Virus record (IMG/VR): IMGVR_UViG_3300039191_000223
Span: 1 to 64,000 of that record
Source: a virus
DNA: 64,000 bases
Strand: one strand, 5' to 3'
Shown here piece by piece: positions 60,441 through 64,000 of this stretch (its first letter is position 1; each line of letters begins with the position of its first letter). The notes beneath the pieces were generated by a model. It did no database searches. It was not told where the DNA came from and was given only the letters and a program-made list of their open reading frames with translations. Position numbers and translations under genes: made by a program.

Positions 60441-60914
60441 ATGAAAATCTCAACTATATTAGAACGTTCCAGAGTACAGAATGCCACCGAATCTGAGGAA
60501 TTGCAATACCTTCAGAAAGCGGCTGACCTGTTATCAAATGAACTAGACTTAAATGATCGAGAGGTTACTATTACGTTCGATCCACCATACGACCTAGACG
60601 CTTCTCAATATGGTGCCACAATAGGTCTAGGGCGCTCTCCTAAGAAGATATTCATCTTTGTTGATAAGGACATATCAACCGGAGAAAAACTCCGTGCGCT
60701 GGCGCATGAGATGGTTCACGCCCAACAACTTGCATCGGGCAAACTTGCCATTCTTAATTTTGAAAAAGGTCAGATATCTGGTGAATGGGATGGAGAGCCT
60801 TTCGAATTTCTGCGATACAGTAAATCTAATCCATGGGAAGTTGAAGCTTATACCAAGGAAAAAAGTTTACAAAAATTTGTAATCAATAAGCTTGGTAATT
60901 TTCACCAAAAATGA
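60441..60914 (+). CDS. HExxH zinc metallopeptidase-like, putative head protein
   Basis: LAHEMVH..Q, PWEVEA; MKISTILE leader; CATAAATA at 60428-60435. Confidence 0.75.
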   Translation: MKISTILERSRVQNATESEELQYLQKAADLLSNELDLNDREVTITFDPPYDLDASQYGATIGLGRSPKKIFIFVDKDISTGEKLRALAHEMVHAQQLASGKLAILNFEKGQISGEWDGEPFEFLRYSKSNPWEVEAYTKEKSLQKFVINKLGNFHQK

Positions 60915-60934
60915 TGTCGAATAATAATTGTGTT

Positions 60935-61010
60935 TGGTAGTCCGAGAGGGGTTCGAACCCCCGACCTAGTGCTTGTAAGGCACCCGCTCTCCCAACTGAG
61001 CTATCGGACT
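60935..61010 (-). tRNA. tRNA-Val(TAC)
   Basis: GTGC-CTTACAA-GCAC, CCA. Confidence 0.93.
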
Positions 61011-61045
61011 ATATTCTGGTGTCTCTTTGACGATAAAGTATGTCA

Positions 61046-61741
61046 TCAGCGACTGTTTGTCAACCCCTGATACCAAGAAGCAGATAGGGCCTCTGGAAAA
61101 TTAATAAGGTCTCGTTTAGCGCACCCCCTAATAGTAGATTCTCTAACCCAACACACTGCCTGTGGTGGTTCTGCCACGTATAGGGGGGGGAGTCCCGATT
61201 TGCAATCCATCATGAGATACCGATCTACTTCCATCTTAACCCCATCGTTTATGGCATCATCGACAAGCCATTTAGCGGTCACTGGGCTAAGACCATATGC
61301 GTGCGTGCCAATAGCTCTTGGAATTTCAATCAAGTGGTCTACTTTATTTACAATCGGAGTATACGAATCGCGGTCAGGCACGCGATGCCCGAATGTCACA
61401 ACAGCCATATCAGGAATGTTAACGGTGTTGAGTTTACCTACTATCAATGCATCATGCTCCAAAATAACTCATGGTGCATCCAGTTCAACAATTCGTTTCC
61501 AACATTTAATCGAAGAGGCGTGGCACCCCGCATAACCCACATTACTATAGCTTGGATTAATTTTTGTCACCCCAACGCTCGCGAATGTTTGTATGGGTGT
61601 TTCAAAATACTGCTTATCTACCGCATCGATATATTCATATGACAGGCCATGCTCTTCACATGAGCTAGCACACTGCGCAGCATAGTCAACTGACAGTTTA
61701 TTCTTTGTCATTCTTATGATTAATGCTTTCTGAATTCTCAC
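61046..61741 (-). CDS. GT25-like glycosyltransferase interrupted by in-frame TGA (61469-61471)
   Basis: GCHASS..CW...DAP*VILEHDA...GTHAY in one frame. Confidence 0.7.
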
Positions 61742-61748
61742 CGTATAA

Positions 61749-62135
61749 TTAAGCTCCTACGCTAGTAGTTTTTGCAATACGAGTGTCCTGAAGTCCAGTT
61801 TCTCGAATCCAATCAGCAAGTGAATTGATATCCAGATGTGGATCAAACACTCGTGCCCCTTTGAATCTAAAGCTTTCTTGAAGCTCGTGAATTACAGCAG
61901 CTTCGGCAGCCTTGTATGCAGTTCGAACAACCTCGGTATCGCACATGGTGTACTGGAGCGTCCACTTACGGCAAGCCTGAGTTTCCAGTTTACAGGTTAC
62001 GGCATCGAGTGCTTCGAAGAAAATTTGCAAATATGGAGCACCGTTGTACTCACCCACGACGAATTCGAAATCGCCACAAGATACTTCACCAACCAATTCT
62101 TCGATACTTCCAAGAGTTTGAAGCTGAACATCCAT
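61749..62135 (-). CDS. hypothetical protein
   Basis: CRKW, EVVRTAYKA, HELQESF, VFDPH; start approximate. Confidence 0.6.
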   Translation of the reverse strand: MDVQLQTLGSIEELVGEVSCGDFEFVVGEYNGAPYLQIFFEALDAVTCKLETQACRKWTLQYTMCDTEVVRTAYKAAEAAVIHELQESFRFKGARVFDPHLDINSLADWIRETGLQDTRIAKTTSVGA

Positions 62136-62182
62136 AACATATCCTCCATTTGAGGCCATACTATAACAAAAAAATAGAACCG

Positions 62183-62824
62183 TCAAGCCTGTTTTGGAAG
62201 AAATACGGTATCGTTCTTTAACTCGATGACCGGATCATAACCTAGAGTTGCCATGTGTGCAACAGCGGCATCCTTATCAAAGCATGTTTCTAGTATGATT
62301 AGGGGGTTAAACTTGTTAATAGTATTCTCAGCACCTTGTAACGCGGGTACCTCATACCCTTCAACGTCTAAATGTATCACATCACACGACGGTAAATCCA
62401 GACTGTCGAGAGTTATGATTTTATGCTTACCAACCTTCCCATCAACTATGTTATGCTTGCCAGTGTTGTCCCTACACGTATCATCTAAGAAGGCAGTAGT
62501 ACTTTCTTCAGCACCAAGTCCGGTGTTAAATTTATGGTAAGCTGTCGCGTCATTATCGACACAGTTCTTATCAAGTAAATTAAAGCTACGCTTATTTGGC
62601 TCAAACGTATAGACGTTGGAAAAGTAATTGCCGTAGAATCTTGGATACATTCCACAATGCCCACCAGCCTGAACAATGGTATCAAACTTGGTCATATGCT
62701 CAAAGAAATATTCTTTGTGGTTTTTCCAGTCCTTTAGAACGTAATAAAACGACCAGTCATCACCAGTATACCACGCAAGCTTATCTACCCCTTCGATACC
62801 GACTTCCCTATAACAAAATGCCAT
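62183..62824 (-). CDS. FkbM-family methyltransferase
   Basis: QAGGHCG, TFEP, HLDVEGYE. Confidence 0.85.
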   Translation of the reverse strand: MAFCYREVGIEGVDKLAWYTGDDWSFYYVLKDWKNHKEYFFEHMTKFDTIVQAGGHCGMYPRFYGNYFSNVYTFEPNKRSFNLLDKNCVDNDATAYHKFNTGLGAEESTTAFLDDTCRDNTGKHNIVDGKVGKHKIITLDSLDLPSCDVIHLDVEGYEVPALQGAENTINKFNPLIILETCFDKDAAVAHMATLGYDPVIELKNDTVFLPKQA

Positions 62825-62896
62825 GATAATGTATCCTTTAAATATATTTAGTGTGTCGTTAGAGTGATGCATAAATAGTTAATATCGGAGAACAAC

Positions 62897-63526
62897 ATGC
62901 GAATACATCATGTGGAATTAGTAATCACAAACGATAAAGTTATCAATAACTATCATAAGAACGGTGCATTTGAACCCGAAAGTATGAAAGCATGGGAAGC
63001 CGCAGTGAGTAACGGTGGATGTGCCATTGATGTCGGGTCATATAACGGGTTATATTCTATTCGGGCAGCCCAGTTGGGTGCCGCCGCAGTAGCATTCGAA
63101 CCTCTACCCGATAACTATAATCGCATTCAAGAGAACGTTGGTATGAATAATATAGAAATTGAGACGCATGCGTGTGCAGTGGGAGATAAAGCTGCTAGGG
63201 CCTTTTTGTATTTTAGCAACGCTAGGAATACCAGCGGTGGTAGTCTTACAGGAAGTGGTGCCAATAATCGAAGAACCAACAAAGTAATGGTAGAAGTCAT
63301 CACATTGGACCAATTAAATCTAGAAAATGTTGTTGCCATTAAGGCCGACGTGGAAGGCTTCGAACCTAAAGTAATTCAAGGGGCCATCAACTTAATTAAC
63401 ACTTACAAACCACTACTCATACTAGAAGCACTAACAGACGAAATGGAATACAGAATCAAAGCTGAACTTCCAGACTTTTATAAAATACGTCGGGCTGACA
63501 AACGAAACCTGATCTGTGAAGCATAG
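62897..63526 (+). CDS. FkbM-family methyltransferase
   Basis: DVGSYNG, AFEP, KADVEGFE; CATAAATA at 62870-62877. Confidence 0.88.
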   Translation: MRIHHVELVITNDKVINNYHKNGAFEPESMKAWEAAVSNGGCAIDVGSYNGLYSIRAAQLGAAAVAFEPLPDNYNRIQENVGMNNIEIETHACAVGDKAARAFLYFSNARNTSGGSLTGSGANNRRTNKVMVEVITLDQLNLENVVAIKADVEGFEPKVIQGAINLINTYKPLLILEALTDEMEYRIKAELPDFYKIRRADKRNLICEA

Positions 63527-63540
63527 CAGCACAGATCAGG
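63508..63540. terminator. hairpin between convergent genes
   Basis: CCTGATCTGTG...CACAGATCAGG 11-bp inverted repeat. Confidence 0.55.
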
Positions 63541-63952
63541 CGTACTGGTCCTTACCAACAGTCAAGTGAAGCCTCCAATTGCTCGGCTTATCCATTTCCG
63601 CACGAATGGCAAGTAGCTCAGGGGCATCAACCATAACCATCCAGAAACCGGGATCACGAGAAGAGCGTCCAATGTGGGGACGATGCTCATACATAATCTC
63701 AACCTTGTGACCATGGTACTTCTTCCACAAGCTCATGTACTCGGGAGCAGGCTTCTCACCACGAATGATGGAAACGTGAGCGTCCCAAGAAGGCTGGATC
63801 AATCCCTTTACGTGATACTCTTGCATAATCCACCAGCGATAGTACCGGGTAATCTCACGATCAACCTCAAGCACACACCACCACTGAGTCTTACGCTTCA
63901 TTCCACCACGGAACGGATCGTAAACAATTTTACCTACTGTCTTGTGCCACAT
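63536..63952 (-). CDS. 2H phosphoesterase
   Basis: HVSI and HLTV motifs about 70 aa apart. Confidence 0.75.
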   Translation of the reverse strand: MWHKTVGKIVYDPFRGGMKRKTQWWCVLEVDREITRYYRWWIMQEYHVKGLIQPSWDAHVSIIRGEKPAPEYMSLWKKYHGHKVEIMYEHRPHIGRSSRDPGFWMVMVDAPELLAIRAEMDKPSNWRLHLTVGKDQYA

Positions 63953-63969
63953 GACACGACTTCCTTGTT

Positions 63970-64000
63970 TGGAGATAGCGACGGGATTTGAACCCGCATA
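63970..64000 (-). tRNA. tRNA 3' part, cut by window edge (identity unknown)
   Basis: GCGGGTTCAAATCCCGT-CGCTATC-T-CCA. Confidence 0.75.

Noticed and set aside
61440-61471. Selenocysteine at the GT25 UGA
   Set aside because: No convincing SECIS hairpin downstream, no tRNA-Sec, and not a redox family.
1-64000. Genome-wide UGA reassignment (code 4 or 25)
   Set aside because: Long core genes are open in code 11, many genes end in TGA with ATGA overlaps, and no UCA-anticodon tRNA is present in the window.

Overview
Segment of a large T4-superfamily (gp23-type capsid), probably jumbo, myophage genome; no bacterial chromosome features were seen. Positions ~2.5-36 kb are an intact core: split DnaE-like polymerase, clamp loader, UvsW/UvsY/UvsX, gp32, both terminase subunits, A1-like nuclease, gp41 helicase, enlarged gp13/gp14 neck proteins, M15 endolysin, gp23 capsid and gp22 scaffold, many preceded by a T4-late-like NATAAATA promoter. 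Positions ~36-64 kb are an accessory, tRNA-rich arm: 13 complete tRNAs, one D-arm-less tRNA-like gene and one edge fragment, three RNA ligases, a 2H phosphoesterase, NADAR, Nudix, GroES and many glycan-modifying enzymes. Main signals: (1) an RF1-type release factor missed by the ORF track because an in-frame UGA sits at a conserved Trp position; (2) catalytically dead or truncated copies of the phage's own terminase ATPase, capsid (two) and prohead protease, all known triggers of bacterial immunity and so possibly decoys; (3) non-canonical tRNAs (D-arm-less Arg(UCU), 8/4 Ser, Ile(UAU)); (4) frame-breaking micro-duplications and homopolymer indels seen only in accessory genes. All calls come from reading motifs by eye; no database searches were run.
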